A DNA stretch of 64,000 bases from Eledone cirrhosa (GCA_964016885.1 OZ024757.1:39866001-39930000); one strand, 5' to 3'. Counted from the stretch's first letter, positions 28,339-41,534 are shown. Program-made: numbers and translations. The notes: a model not told the origin generated them from the letters alone.

Positions 28339-28814
28339 AAGCACCTCAACATATACCTACCTACGTGTATATCTATATACATACATATATACTTACTACC
28401 CACCTACCTACATACATACCTATCTACCTGCTTATATAGTTACATATACACCTACCTACCTATCTACTCACATACATATATACTTACAAACATACTTATC
28501 TATTTTCTTATCTACATACCTACACACCTATATATATCTACCTACCTACATACATAATTACTTACCCACCAATATACATATCTACATATCTACCTATATA
28601 TCTATGCCATCTAGGACGTCGGCCGCAGATCTATATTCAATAAAAGCTAACATACCAACATCTACAAGGTCCCTCGTCGAGTTAAAAAAAAACCTTACAA
28701 CAAAATTTCCCACAAATAAATTCTTAAATAATGAAATGGCACATGATTTAGTTTAGTAGTAAACAAAGTCTACATGGAATGAAAACACAGAACAGACACA
28801 TTCAGAACGTTTGA

Positions 28815-29020
28815 CATTATCGGTAGATCATCGGATACTATGCTTTGTGGTTTATAGTTACGTCCATTTATGTTCTGAGTTCAAATCCCTTCCAGATTAG
28901 CTTCGCCTTTCATTCTTATGGGGTCGATAAAAAATAATACTAGTAACACACTGGGGTTGATTTAATCAACTGTTTCCTCACCCCCAAAATTGTTGGCCTT
29001 GTCCCTAAATCAAAACATTG
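28815..29020 (+). mobile_element. SINE family A, diverged
   Basis: GAGTTCAAATCCC, GCCTTTCATTCTTATGGGGTCGATAAAA and TTGGCCTTGT motifs. Confidence 0.7.
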
Positions 29021-29197
29021 TTATATATATATATATATATATATAAAGAAAGTATAGTAAGAAACCATAACGCACCAGAGTACTCGATACTTAGGGTAGT
29101 AGAGTGGGTAATAGGAAAAGAGTCAGGGCCCTGACGGCTGAGCTCCGGTCGTTTCGACAGCTAGATCCGAAATGGCCCTCGAAACGGCCGGAGCTCG

Positions 29198-29231
<34 letters not shown>

Positions 29232-29441
29232 ATATTCTCTCTATGAGTAAAACCGTGTTCCGACTACAATCGCAACTGTGACGTGAATGTTTCCTCTCAC
29301 ATAAGTGGCAGGATGTATATTTATAGTTAAAAGCCAGCATTTCAATCATTTTAAGATGAATACAAATCTATTGTTACGAGTGAATTACACAAACTATAGA
29401 AATCGATATTTACTATTCCAAACTCAGAAAAATTGCGCATT

Positions 29442-30167
29442 TGTGTCGATAGTAATATTGCGTTATGTGTGAAACGAGTCCTCTAACGGTTTAAATCTTT
29501 GCTAAATTTCTGTCTGTGTAACTATGTGTCTAGATATGGAGTTATATAGGAGATATTTAGCTGTGATAAGGTTGTCTAAATTACTACATCAGCTAAACAT
29601 CAAGTTTGTTTTTAAATATCATATATAATTGAATTAGATGCCGTTATGTTTACATGTGTCGATAGTAATATTTTGCTATTTATGAAACGAATTTCTAACT
29701 GTTTAAATATTTGTTAAATTTCCGTCTATCGTGGCCAAGTAGTCCTTGTTCTCTCCCTCCTTTTCCTCTCATTTAGAGCTTTTATAGTCCTCTCTTCTAC
29801 TTTCCTATACAGCCAGGTCTGCCCTTCTTTATCTTTTCCCGTTTTTCTTCTCATATATGGCATTTAAAGTCCTTTCCTATACAGCAAGGTCTGACTTTCG
29901 TTACCCCTTCGCTGCCTTATTACTTAATTTTGTTTTTTTCTGTTATTTTAATATTTCCATCATTGTATAACGTCTGTTTGTTAAATATAGTTGTCACCAT
30001 ACAACAGATAACAAAATAAAATGTCTGTCTGTCTAACTATCTCTCTAGATGTTTAGTTGTATTGAAGATATTCAGCTGCGATAAGTTTGTCTAAATTACT
30101 GCATCAACTGAACAACGAGTTCGTTTTTAAATTTCATACATAATTGAATTAGATGGTGTTATATTTA
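29442..30167. repeat. Diverged ~213-bp tandem duplication, second copy split by an insertion
   Basis: 29442-29515 resembles 29655-29727, and 29511-29652 resembles 30026-30167. Confidence 0.75.
29730..30025 (+). mobile_element. Probable LINE 3' UTR fragment interrupting a tandem duplication
   Basis: Pyrimidine-rich stretch ending AAATAAAA(TGTC)n. It splits the second copy of a ~213-bp duplicated unit. Confidence 0.4.
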
Positions 30168-30686
30168 TCAGTAACTTAATTTTAAATAGCCTGCTTAACA
30201 ATTGTATACATTTTTCATGTTTTTTAAGTCCTTATCTTAAATCATTTTCTGACTATTTACTCTCACAAATTGTTCTATTTTTCTACGACAATAAATGTAC
30301 AATTGTGATGATTAATTTATCTTTACAAAATAGAGCAAATATCTTTCACTGATGAGGAATGATGTGACTGGAATATTTCTATTGATGTATTATATAGACA
30401 GACCTGCTAATCTCTAAAATCGCAAACGAAGAATACCACGAAAAAAGTGCCCCAAAACTGGGAGAAACGAGGCAAAAAGCGGAGATTTTACGTAATGAAA
30501 ACTACACCCATTTTCACAAGAGAAGACATATCTCACCCACCCAAAAGCTATTGCAAATCTCCCCGACAGACAGGGAGAGTTGACAAGTCTGCAGAGATTT
30601 TTACATAATTCAAATAAAATTATTCGTTGACTAATATACTGTTTTGTCTTCATTAATTAATTGTTTTTAATTAAAATTTTGATTAC

Positions 30687-30933
30687 GCTTTTAGCATTTA
30701 AACCGGCCATATCAGGCTAGAATTCTCTCACCTCTTTCTATTCAAACGAGCCATATCCGACCAGAATTCTCTCACATCTTTCTGTTCAAACCAGCTGTAA
30801 CTGCCACACATACTGATGTTAAGATATTGTTCTCAAAATAAATATCAAAATCTCATAGATTCGATATTATGTGAGATAATTATTTACCGTGAAAATACAA
30901 TAGTAAATATAGATTAATGTAAATGCTAAAGGC
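30687..30933. mobile_element. piggyBac-like MITE, degenerate
   Basis: Ends (G)CTTTTAGCATTTA and TAAATGCTAAAGGC-TTAA are inverted, with TTAA on the right flank. Internal ~40-bp direct repeat (GCCATATC...AGAATTCTCTCAC). Confidence 0.5.
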
Positions 30934-31624
30934 TTAAGGTATTTTCTACTTAGTCTTTAACAATAATCTATATTTAACATTACAGTTAAAAATATATTTT
31001 TTTTATTAACGACGATAGATTTTCATGGCCATTCTAGGCATTTTTACGTGCTACATGTGTATGAGTTATTCTTAAGATATAACAATAAACTTAGATATAT
31101 ATTCACACAGACATAAATAGATTTATAAATAAAATATATTACCGCATAAATATGGTATTCAAATTACAGAAAACCACGACTTTGTCAATACCCACCGGAC
31201 AAGTCAACACCATTGCGCAAATATATATCTTATAACTCTAAACAATATTTAACGTATACATATAAAAGCAAGCTTAAGAGAACCACAGCAGAAACAAATA
31301 TTTTCAATGGTTACCATACACGAAAATATCAAAATATTTCTATTGGAATTAATTTTTTTTTTTTTTTTACGAAGTAAAAAACAATCTTCAAAAGATTTAT
31401 GTAAAGTGTTGTGTCTAAGAAATAAGATTTCTATTCATTAACATTCACGAATAATATTTTCCTTCCTGTTTATTCAGTGAGGGAAGAGCTGTGTGTATAA
31501 CTGCATAACCCTTTTCAGAGCTCTAAGGCAAGTCGCTTAGTGGTTTGAAAATTGGATTTGCAATCATGAGGTTGTTTATAGTTATATATCTACATGTATT
31601 AATGTATACTATCTCACTCTCTCT

Positions 31625-32215
31625 CTATATATATGTACTCACACACATATATATGTATATATACATGCACACACATATATATGTATATATATATACACAC
31701 ACACACACACACATATGTATATATATACACACACACACATATATGTATATATACACACACGTATATATGTATATATACACACACGTATATATGTATATAT
31801 ACACACACGTATATATGTATATATACACACACGTATATATGTATATATACACACACGTATATATGTATATATACACACACATATATATGTATATATACAC
31901 ACACATATATATGTATATATACACACACATATATATGTATATATGTACACACACATATATGTATATATGCACACATATATATATGTATATATATACACAT
32001 ATATATATGTATATATATACACATATATATATGTATATATATACACATATATATATGTATATATATACACACACATATATATGTATGTATATATACACAC
32101 ACATATATATGTATGTATATATACACACATATGTATATACACACGTACACACACACATATGTATACACACAGATACACACACATATAAATAAATATATAT
32201 ATATATATATATATA
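31625..32215. repeat. 22-bp-period TA/CA minisatellite (ATATGTATATATACACACACGT and variants)
   Basis: Direct reading, clearest at 31741-31930. Confidence 0.9.
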
Positions 32216-32572
32216 ATATTCCGTATTTCAATCTTAAAATTTCTTTACTTGGTATTACTTCAGATATTTCAATAGAGTGTATGATAGAATTTCAACAATT
32301 ATATTTCTCTGTCTCTAAAGAATATCAAACCATTATTCTTTATATACTATAATGGATAAGTAGTGTTTGTGTTCTTAGAGAGATATCACATAACAACAGC
32401 GTTTTAATACTTTTTTTTCTATTTTCAAATGGGATATTCTATTTATTCTATTACGTGTTCCAGCCGATGGTTGAGCCCATGCTGGGTCACCGCTATTGAT
32501 GCTACACCCTCTATTCTCTATTGCCAGCTCCTGTCACAGGGAGTTTGTTGCTGCCGTTCTTATTATATATAT

Positions 32573-32603
<31 letters not shown>

Positions 32604-32939
32604 GACTCAGATTACATTTATATATATATATATATTTTGTTATACTTTGGGAGGGTCATGTTGCCAATAAGAAACACACGCACCAGTTGCTTTCACTTCA
32701 CAGAATATGTGACGAAAGAACTTTGACAATATATAAACAATCATCTGGTTGTGGAACCAACCAACCAACCAACCGGAAATTTGTAAATTCCTAAATTTAT
32801 AAATTTATTATAATAAATTGAAGTGAAAGCAACTGGTGCGTGTGTTTCTTATTGGCAACATGATCCTCCCAAAGTATAACAATATCGGTTTCAACACACG
32901 TTTTCAGATAAAGAATCTTGCTAAACAAATTCAGAAACG

Positions 32940-32987
<48 letters not shown>

Positions 32988-33014
32988 GTAATCTGAGTCT
33001 TTCGAATATTAATA

Positions 33015-33186
33015 CTTGTTTCTACTTTAGGCACAAGGCCAGCAATAACCAGTACATTACTGGTACTTTATTTCATCGACGCCGTAAGGATGAAAGGCAA
33101 AGTCAACCTCGGCGGGATTTGAACTCAGATCGTAAAGGGACGTAACTATGCTTGAAAGCATGGCGTCCGACCCTCTACCGATACTG
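33015..33186 (-). mobile_element. SINE family A
   Basis: Reverse complement of the family A head, body and tail. Confidence 0.8.
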
Positions 33187-33526
33187 ATTAATACTAATAT
33201 TCAATTTGTTTGCAATTACGCAAACAGCCTCTTATATAAGCCATGTCAGTAGAATGTAAAATGATCCCCTCATTCTCGCTCTTGTGTTGGCATGCACACA
33301 GAACTGCATATATGTATACACATACACACCCTTATATTAACATACTTTTGCTCATAGCTTCGTACTTACATGCAGACACACTCTTTTACTCACATATACA
33401 CACACATTTCTTCTTAGCTTCGTACGGACGTATAATAACACACACACACACAGACAAACAAACAAACACATGCTTAAGCACGTGCACAAGTATAGCTCTT
33501 TTTACAAAACTTTTTTTTTCCATTTC

Positions 33527-33816
33527 AGGTAGACGAGCCCCATCATCCACTTCTCTAAAAAATAAAACATACACAAAACGCCAGCACCAACAGCTTTGCA
33601 AGAGATGTCAACATGAATGGACAAGTTATTTTCATCTAAAGACATTTTTTCCAATTCCATCCCGCCCGTCCCTTCAATCTACCTTATTTCTCATTCTTTC
33701 TTCTGATGAAGGAATGTCGTCCGAAACGTTAAGACCCTCTTCCTGCTATATCAAGCGTTAACCTAATATATCCTTTCCATATACTGAACCGATTGTGTTG
33801 TTATTTCTGTTTACCT

Positions 33817-33820
<4 letters not shown>
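33527..33820 (+). mobile_element. Penelope-like element 3' end / pseudo-LTR remnant
   Basis: Degenerate ..YFHLKTFFP.. resembles the end of a PLE GIY-YIG domain. It is followed by a hammerhead motif and a T-rich tail abutting (TACA)n/(TA)n. Confidence 0.5.
33699..33734 (+). ncRNA. Minimal type I hammerhead ribozyme motif (Penelope-type)
   Basis: TCTT-CTGATGA-A-GGA(atgtcg)TCC-GAAA-CG-TT-AAGA. Both core boxes are intact, stem I is TCTT/AAGA, stem II is GGA/TCC, and stem III is a palindromic AACGTT. Confidence 0.6.
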
Positions 33821-33851
<31 letters not shown>

Positions 33852-33910
33852 TATATATATATATATATATATGAGGGTGTTAAAGTTTGCTTGAAGCATT
33901 GTGAAATATG

Positions 33911-34416
33911 TAAAATATGTAGTTTAGAAAGCCACAACAATGCAGATGGGAAATCTCGAGGTAGGAAGTGAGTGAGAAATATGAGAAAAGTGAAAATTGA
34001 GAGAAATGAAAAAACGAAAACAAAACAAAGGTAGGAGGGTTACCGTAGGGGAGATTTAATCCCAATATTTCGGGCTCACGCCCATCAACGGGGGGAAAGT
34101 TCCAAAGGGGGGGGGGGGGGGGAACAGGCTAAGCCGGAGAAAGTTGTATTGTCGTTAAAACATAGGAATGCCGTTATGGGGAAAAATTCAAATGAGGGAA
34201 AGAATGCGGGTGCGCGTGATAGGCTGTGGCAAAAGCTACTGACCGTTGATGGGCCTGAGCCCGAAATATTGGGATTAAATCTCCCCTACGGTAACCCTCC
34301 TACCTTTGTTTTGTTTTCGTGTTTTTCATTTCTCTCAATTTTCACTTTTCTCCTATTTCTCACTCACTTCCTACCTCGAGATTTCCCGTCTGCATTGTTG
34401 TGGCTTTCTAAACTAC

Positions 34417-34424
<8 letters not shown>
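33911..34424. repeat. Long inverted repeat: ~181-bp arms (33911-34091 / 34243-34424), 151-bp spacer
   Basis: The arms are near-identical reverse complements. ORFs 33880-34065(-) and 34149-34496(+) share the peptide GLNLPYGNPPTFVLFS. Confidence 0.92.
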
Positions 34425-34470
<46 letters not shown>

Positions 34471-34543
34471 TAAAACATAAATGTTCAGATGAATAAAACA
34501 TAATTGTTCAGATGAATTTATAATTGAAAAAACATGTACTTAC

Positions 34544-34597
34544 CAGCGTCGTGAATATGAAGTGGTAACTTGATGATAACATTGTAACTTGTAAAGC
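34544..34597 (-). CDS. GRIK2: Kainate-type glutamate receptor small exon (54 nt; ALQVTMLSSSYHFIFTTL)
   Basis: Read by hand. Acceptor atttgtag|, donor |gtaagt, phase 0-0. Matches the kainate-receptor AL..GM+..YYHYIFTTL segment. Confidence 0.93.
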
Positions 34598-35097
34598 CTA
34601 CAAATAGAAAAGATTAAATATATATACAAGATTCACATGAAATATGAACGAATTTCAATACAATAAGGAAATATAACTGATTAAAGACGAAATGTCGGGA
34701 ATCTCTTGTTACAACAATTCAAGGTGTGATATTCAATTAAAATAATATGACGTAGTTTAAGTTGACAATGACATTTGACAAAGCTTCTAGTCCTAAGAAT
34801 TTTCATGGAAAATGTTAAAATCAACAACGCAATGAACTAGAAACTGCCAAACTGCTTCAAATTCGTGCTTTTGTTTACCAATGGATTATTGAACAACTAG
34901 TTAAGGATTGGCAACAGTATGAATATGAATGTGAAATATTGTGAAGATTGACTTTAAATAAGATGTATTAATTACCACCAGATGTTTCACCTTATGTCAT
35001 ATCCAAGATTATTATTTCATAATACAGTTGACAATCTATACATAATCACAAGGTAATGTTCCGAAAGCAAGCTAAATGAAATAAAGCAATACAACAA

Positions 35098-35716
35098 ACT
35101 AAACGAGAGTCTGCTAGACTGAATAATTCTACCTTGACATAAATGTCTCAAAGCTTTAGAAAATAATGATTTTTAATATAGGCACAAGCCCAGCAATTTG
35201 TGGAAAAGGGAAAAATCACACGGGAGTCTGCGAGACCGGATATCTCTAGCTTGACATAAATGTTTCAAAGCTGCTATAAAAAATAATGTTTTCTACTATA
35301 GACTCAAGGCCAGCAATTTCGGGAGATGGGGGGGGGGGGGGGGACGACGACTAAACGAGAGTCTGCGAGACTGAATAACATTATCTTGACATAAATGTTT
35401 CAAAGCTTTGGAAAATAATGATATTTAATATAGGCACAAGGCCAGCAATTTGGGGAGAGGGGAAAACTAAACGAGAGTCTACGAGACTTGATAACGTTAC
35501 CTTGACATAAATGTTTCAAAGCTTTAGAAAATCAGTAATTTGGGGAGAAGGGATTAACTAAACGGGAATCTGCGAGACGATAACTCTAGCTTGACATAAA
35601 TGTTTCAAAGCTTTAGAAAATAATGGTTTCTACTATAGGCACATGTCCAGCAATTTGACGAGAGGAGAAAAACTAAACGTGAGTCTACGAGATTGGATAA
35701 CTTGACATAAATGTTT
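35098..35716. repeat. Imperfect ~90-130-bp tandem repeat (about 5.5 units) containing an inverted SINE A tail
   Basis: Recurring ACTAAACGAGAGTCTGCGAGAC..CTTGACATAAATGTTTCAAAGCTTTAGAAAATAATG..TAGGCACAAGGCCAGCAATTT. Confidence 0.85.
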
Positions 35717-36433
35717 GATGAGTTCTAATAGGGCTGAGACATGACCCGTGTTGTCACCACACTGTTAATACTTACAAGCATTCCTCGTTGTATAACAAAT
35801 GTAATAACATTTAGTTTAGTTTAGTAAAATCACTTTCGGAGTTCACTCATTTGTCAAATATATCACTAGTTTACCAGAGTGAGTCATTTAGATAATTATT
35901 TCTTCTCATTGACAAGATTCAAATTCTAATTAAATAAATTTTATTGGATTAGTACATCAAGAATGCTTACAGCTATTTTCTTATCTTGACACAATGGAAA
36001 ATATGCTAAATGAATATTTTTGTTATATATTTTCTTCCATACACAATACTAAAGTTTATAGGCTTCCATCCGCTTCTAATCTCAGCGTTATTTCCATGCG
36101 AGCTTTGCTTCTTTATAATCACAAAAGAAATCTATACAATAATAACAAAAAAACAAACAAAACAAACACTATTCGTTTCTCTCATTTATGTTCAGTACAT
36201 TTTACATCACCTATTGTAGTTTTTCTCCTCGTGATATGTGATAAATATTAATCTACAAAAGATTTCCCATTAGACGTACAGGTAATTCTTCAATGTTAAT
36301 ATGCGTACCCGACATCACAATTTCCTTTACTAAGTAACATTCACTACAATGCTAGTTACATACCATATACAGATAAATTTAGCCTGCGATAATACAAAAA
36401 AAAAACACACACATATCATTGCCTCAGACAAGT

Positions 36434-36478
<45 letters not shown>

Positions 36479-36830
36479 TGAGTCTGAGAAGCTGATCGAA
36501 TCTAGAATCGACACCATATCTTCTATAGGTCACCTACAGCCGAGATGTTCGGAACAGGTCAATAATCAATAAAAGAAACATATAGGTCAACTTTCCCTTT
36601 CATCCTTTCGAGGTTGATAAAGTCTAGTTGTTGGGTCGATTCTTCCTCCATATCTTTTTCTCATTTTCTTCTCTCTTATTTTCTATCTTTCTCTCGACGA
36701 AATCTGCTGTACTCAGGCCTGGGGAGGGGTGGGCTCCGCTAGGCTTAAAATGGCCAAGAAATGCCGTATGTTAATATGGCGTCCCTACATCTCTATCACG
36801 AGTTACAGTACCATACGTACAATACAGTGA

Positions 36831-37033
36831 AGGCGCGTAGCTGAGTGGTAAGAGAATTGGAATCGCAATCATGAAGTTATGATTTCGATTCCCGGACCGG
36901 GCGATGCATTATGTCCTTGAGCAAGACACTTTATTTCACGTTGTTCCTTCTACCTGGAGTTGCGACCGATAGATAGTATTAGTAATTGGAAAGACCCATG
37001 GAAACATTGTCTCCTCAGTCTGATTTGACGAAA
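36831..37033 (+). mobile_element. SINE family B, full copy
   Basis: Same head, CORE-like body and tail as 12020-12225. The tail alone recurs at 42361-42456 and inverted at 56690-56778. Confidence 0.78.
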
Positions 37034-37177
37034 GTCGATCGACTGACGTACAATACAATATATGATGTGTGAGCGATAAAACGAACCGATTAGATAGACA
37101 GCCAGACAGACAGACATCAGAGAGTGGAGAAATAAGTATCTAAAAGCTAGATTTCTGAATATTGTTTTATTTCTCAC

Positions 37178-37359
37178 CTGCTTCAAAAACTTGTAGATTG
37201 TATGATTGTTACAATCAACAATGAGTCGTGTTTCGGCGCTCTGTTTGATTTCTTTTAATTGCGAAATATATTTTCCGTCTCGTAATTGTAGTTTTCGTAC
37301 TGTTATTTGAAAGTCGTATTTGCTCGCAGCGTTCAGGACTTCCTGAAGGCGAACCAGTC
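37178..37359 (-). CDS. GRIK2: Kainate-type glutamate receptor exon (182 nt; GLVRLQEVLNAASKYDFQITVRKLQLRDGKYISQLKEIKQSAETRLIVDCNNHTIYKFLKQ)
   Basis: Read by hand; this frame is not in the ORF track. Acceptor tttttgtag|, donor |gtgaga, phase 1-0. GL+RLQE and LKE+K....++DC motifs. Confidence 0.94.
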
Positions 37360-37744
37360 CTACAAAAAGTAAGAGAGAAAAATATCAATATCAATAACAA
37401 AATTTAAAAAAAAAATTTAATATCAATATTTGTATGTTTATATAATCGAACTTTTTGTTTAAAAAAAAGATATCAACAGTATTATTTCTAAAATCAGAAC
37501 AAATATATGGATAACGATCTATATCATATATATATATATATATATATACATATATAGTGTTAGAAAGTAAGGCGTTATCAGTAACCACATAGCCTCGTCT
37601 CACTCAATCCATATATATATATATACATACATACAGGCCCACAATAAACATGATTGTTTGCAAGCCTGTTTGAACCAGTGACCAATGCACCATAGAGTAC
37701 AGAAAACTGTATATATATTGATGGTACTCATTTTCATTTAAGTA

Positions 37745-38005
37745 TACTGGAGCAACGTGAAATAAAATGTTTTGCTGAAGAAAACAACATACAACCCAGT
37801 CAAGGAATCGAAGTCACGACGACATTATGATCGTACGTCCAACACGCTTACCACTAGGCCACGGCGCCAGTCCATCGCAGGGTTAAACTTTCCAGCTACA
37901 GCTAGTACTTATATTTAACTGTGAATACTTAAGCAACGCGAAACGAAGTATTTTGCTCAAGAACACACAACACAACGCAATCAAGGAATCGAAACCACGA
38001 CATTG
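37745..38005 (-). mobile_element. Two diverged SINE family B copies
   Basis: GCAACGTGAAATAAAATGTTTTGCT...GGAATCGAA occurs twice. Confidence 0.6.
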
Positions 38006-38354
38006 AAATCTAAGTTTCCAATATGGCAATCACAAATAAGACAGACAAATCAAACTGGAGATCAATCAGTAATACTTCGGAAACGTGTTAATTTCTTTTT
38101 GGAATTAAATAGTACTAATGTAGACATTATTTTCCGATAATCTTCTTGGCTAATAAGATGAAAGCTATATTTGGAATACTGAGATTAATAAGCAAATACT
38201 TAATAATATAGTAAATATATAGTGTGTGTGGTGTGGTGTGGTGTGTGTGTGTGTGTCTGAGAGACACGGAGCGTGAAAAGCAATTATATATATAAACATA
38301 TATAGAAGTATATCTCTATATATATATGCATATACACACATATACGTACATACA

Positions 38355-38393
<39 letters not shown>

Positions 38394-38460
38394 TATATAT
38401 GTATGTATGTATGTATAACACCCGCACATAGTTTATATATATATATATGTATAACACCCG

Positions 38461-38505
<45 letters not shown>

Positions 38506-39409
38506 GTATGTATTTTTGTATGAATGTTTACGTTAGTGTAAATGTCTGGTTACACGGATGATGACAGGATTTTTAAAAGAATGTATTAGGAATAAATAAA
38601 TAAAAAAATTCCTAAATGCTGATACTAAAGAAATTTAATTATTTCGAGAGCTCTTTGGTTGTTCCTTATATTTTTATGCTTTAACTTCTTAAGTTTCTGA
38701 CTTCAACTCCACGTTGCTTTCCTTTTCCTTTAGATATCTTCGTTTTCTTCGTTAATTATTTTGCTTTGGCATTTCGTTCATAAATGACTGATTAAATTCC
38801 ATGAAGCAGATTTTCGTCGCAGTTAATTGGATATTATTAGAAAATATTTGATCTTATTCATATTTCCAGTAAAATATTTTTCTCATTTTTCTTTTGTTAT
38901 TTTTCTCTCGCTTTCATTCGCAATCCGTTTCCATCTCTAAAAGTTTACGTCGTCTAACTCCCCACTTCAGATTATTCGAAAAGATTGGCTTAGTCAACAA
39001 CTGTCTGTTAGTTTTCCTCTTCAGATAGATTAAATTCATTGAAATTACGAGAAGAAACAAAGTAAAACGGTGTGAGTATAATTGTATATATATGTATGTT
39101 TATGAGTGGGTGTGTACTTAGACATATACGCACACACGCAGACATATATATATACATATATATATATTATAAGGGAACAAGGATTTAGTGTTGTATCATA
39201 ACATATTTAATAACATATTACATATGCTTCAATATCGATCAGCTCGAGGAAGGACCTATTATAGATCGAACCTGACTCTGTAATCGAAAGATAATATATA
39301 TATATAACCAAAGATTAATATGGTTCATTGATTACTCAATGAATACAGTTTTACAATAGATTAAAAGCACTCAACAAGTAAAAGGTATGTCATATATCAA
39401 ATCATATAT

Positions 39410-39472
39410 TTTATCTGACGAGGACGTACTGGAAAAAAAACAACACAGTACCTACGAAATATATATTATAAA
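39410..39472 (+). ncRNA. Minimal type I hammerhead ribozyme motif
   Basis: TTTAT-CTGACGA-GGAC-GTACTG(loop)CAGTAC-CTAC-GAAA-TATATA-TT-ATAAA. Core boxes are intact, stem I is TTTAT/ATAAA, and stem III is palindromic. Confidence 0.5.
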
Positions 39473-39517
39473 GCATATATTTTGATTATGTGAATATCTT
39501 CATTTGTTAATATTTTG

Positions 39518-39548
<31 letters not shown>

Positions 39549-39707
39549 GATAGCTGTCGAAACGGCCTGAGCTCAGCCGTCGGGGTCCTGACTCTTTATA
39601 TATATGTATATATATATAGATATATATAGATATACATAACTGTATTCATATAAGAAAATATTCATATATATATATATATACACAAACACATATATATACA
39701 TGCATTT

Positions 39708-40055
39708 TCACCACCACCTCGACAACTACAACAACCACCACTACAGCAACTACCACCACTACCACCACCACTAATACAACCACCACAACAACCACCACCA
39801 GCACTACAGCAACCACCCCCACCACTATGATCACCACCACCACCACAACCACCACCACCACCACCACTACGACGACCACCACCACTACGACCACCACCAC
39901 CACTACGACGACGACCACCATCACCACGACTACCATCACCACGACTACAACAACAACCACTACGACCACCACCACCACAACCATCACCACCACTAAAAAA
40001 ACCACCACTACGACCACCACCACAACCACCACTACTACCACCACCACTACTACTC
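39708..40055. repeat. (CAC/ACC)n trinucleotide repeat
   Basis: Source of the spurious poly-V, poly-T and poly-G ORFs. Confidence 0.95.
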
Positions 40056-40439
40056 ATATATATCACACAATACAGGTACAGTGAAGACAGCTTCTAATAT
40101 TCAGTTATTAAGTTAAATGCAACCCAAGTAGTGTTAATGTTTATTCAAAACATACGTTATATCGTATCATACATTAGTAATAAGATAGTTGATAACTATA
40201 AGGTTATTTACCATTAGATACTATTTCAATATCCATTGGATATCGATCATATTTATGTCCATTATTTATGAATTTATGTATACGATGTGATACACTTTAC
40301 TTAACAGCGTATACACACACAAACACACTCACTCTCTGTCTTCCGTATATAAATATATATATATATATAAATACATGATAGATAGACATGATATATATAT
40401 ATCATGTCTATCTATCATATGTATTTATATATATATATA

Positions 40440-41534
40440 TATATATATTAATTTCAACAATGCCAGTATTCCGTGTGTCATAATTCTCGATTATCATTGG
40501 TTCATAGGTTTCAAACGACTCCGCCCATCTCAACGATGCCAAACTTAATTAATATGCATAATGCCAATGAGGGAGTGAGAGGGGAGAGTAAGAAACAGAG
40601 AGGAAAAGTAAACGCTGTGTTGGATACACTATGTATATGTGTCAGTGTAGAGACGTGTGTGTGTGTGATGTGTGTGGAAATAAGAGGGGAAGGAAAGTAA
40701 TAAGTCCAGAGAATGTGTCGCCAAAGTGCTCCTCATTCCAGTAAAGAGGCTAGAAGGCGAACGGGTGATATTAAAAATGGATCATGGCAACCGTGTCATT
40801 TTCAGATTGGTGGACGAGCAGAGTGTCCACATTGTGGAGCATTGCTTTGGAGGCACGAAAAGACGTGGACCACAATGTGCTGTCATAAAGGAGCAGTTCA
40901 ACTAGAACCCTTGCGAATGCTGGATGATGAGGAGTCACCGGAGTTTAAAATACTAAGTATTTGGGGTGATCAAGGAGACCGAGGTAGATTACTGCGCAAA
41001 TATTCGCGGCAAATTAACAATTCATTAGCTTTAGCATCCTCAACGACACCAAACTTAAATTAATATGCATAATGCCAATGAGGGAGTGAGAGGGGAGAGT
41101 AAGAAACAGAGAGGCAAAGTGAACGCTGTGTTGGATACACTATGTATATGTGTCAGTGTAGAGACATGTGTGTGATGTGTGTGGAAATGAGAGGAAAGCA
41201 ATAACTATTAACATGTGTGCGTGTGTATGTGTAAGAAACGTGGAACAACCACGTCTATGTAATGATACACGTTTTACAGTCAGACAGAAGATGAACCATC
41301 TCCTAGAGGTCACTATTCTAGGTGGGAGCACCTAGAATTGTTCATATACTATGTACAAACGGTACAACGAAGAATCTGGTATATCTGGAAGATTCTTTTT
41401 ACTGTTTTTTGTATCACAGACACCACGGACTCGCCTCATACTGTAATCAGACAAACATCCAATACAGTCTTTTTCTCTTTTAACTCTCTTCTCTTATCAT
41501 CTGTTTACCCGGGCGAAGCTGGGTACGTCAGCTA

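Noticed and set aside
36831-36905. tRNA genes at A/B-box motifs (also 5358-5425, 12150-12225, 19820-19885)
   Set aside because: No complete cloverleaf, and the fuller copies continue into SINE bodies, so these are tRNA-derived SINE heads.
39646-40084. Poly-Val, Gly-rich or poly-Thr protein
   Set aside because: (CAC)n microsatellite, with no splice or homology support.
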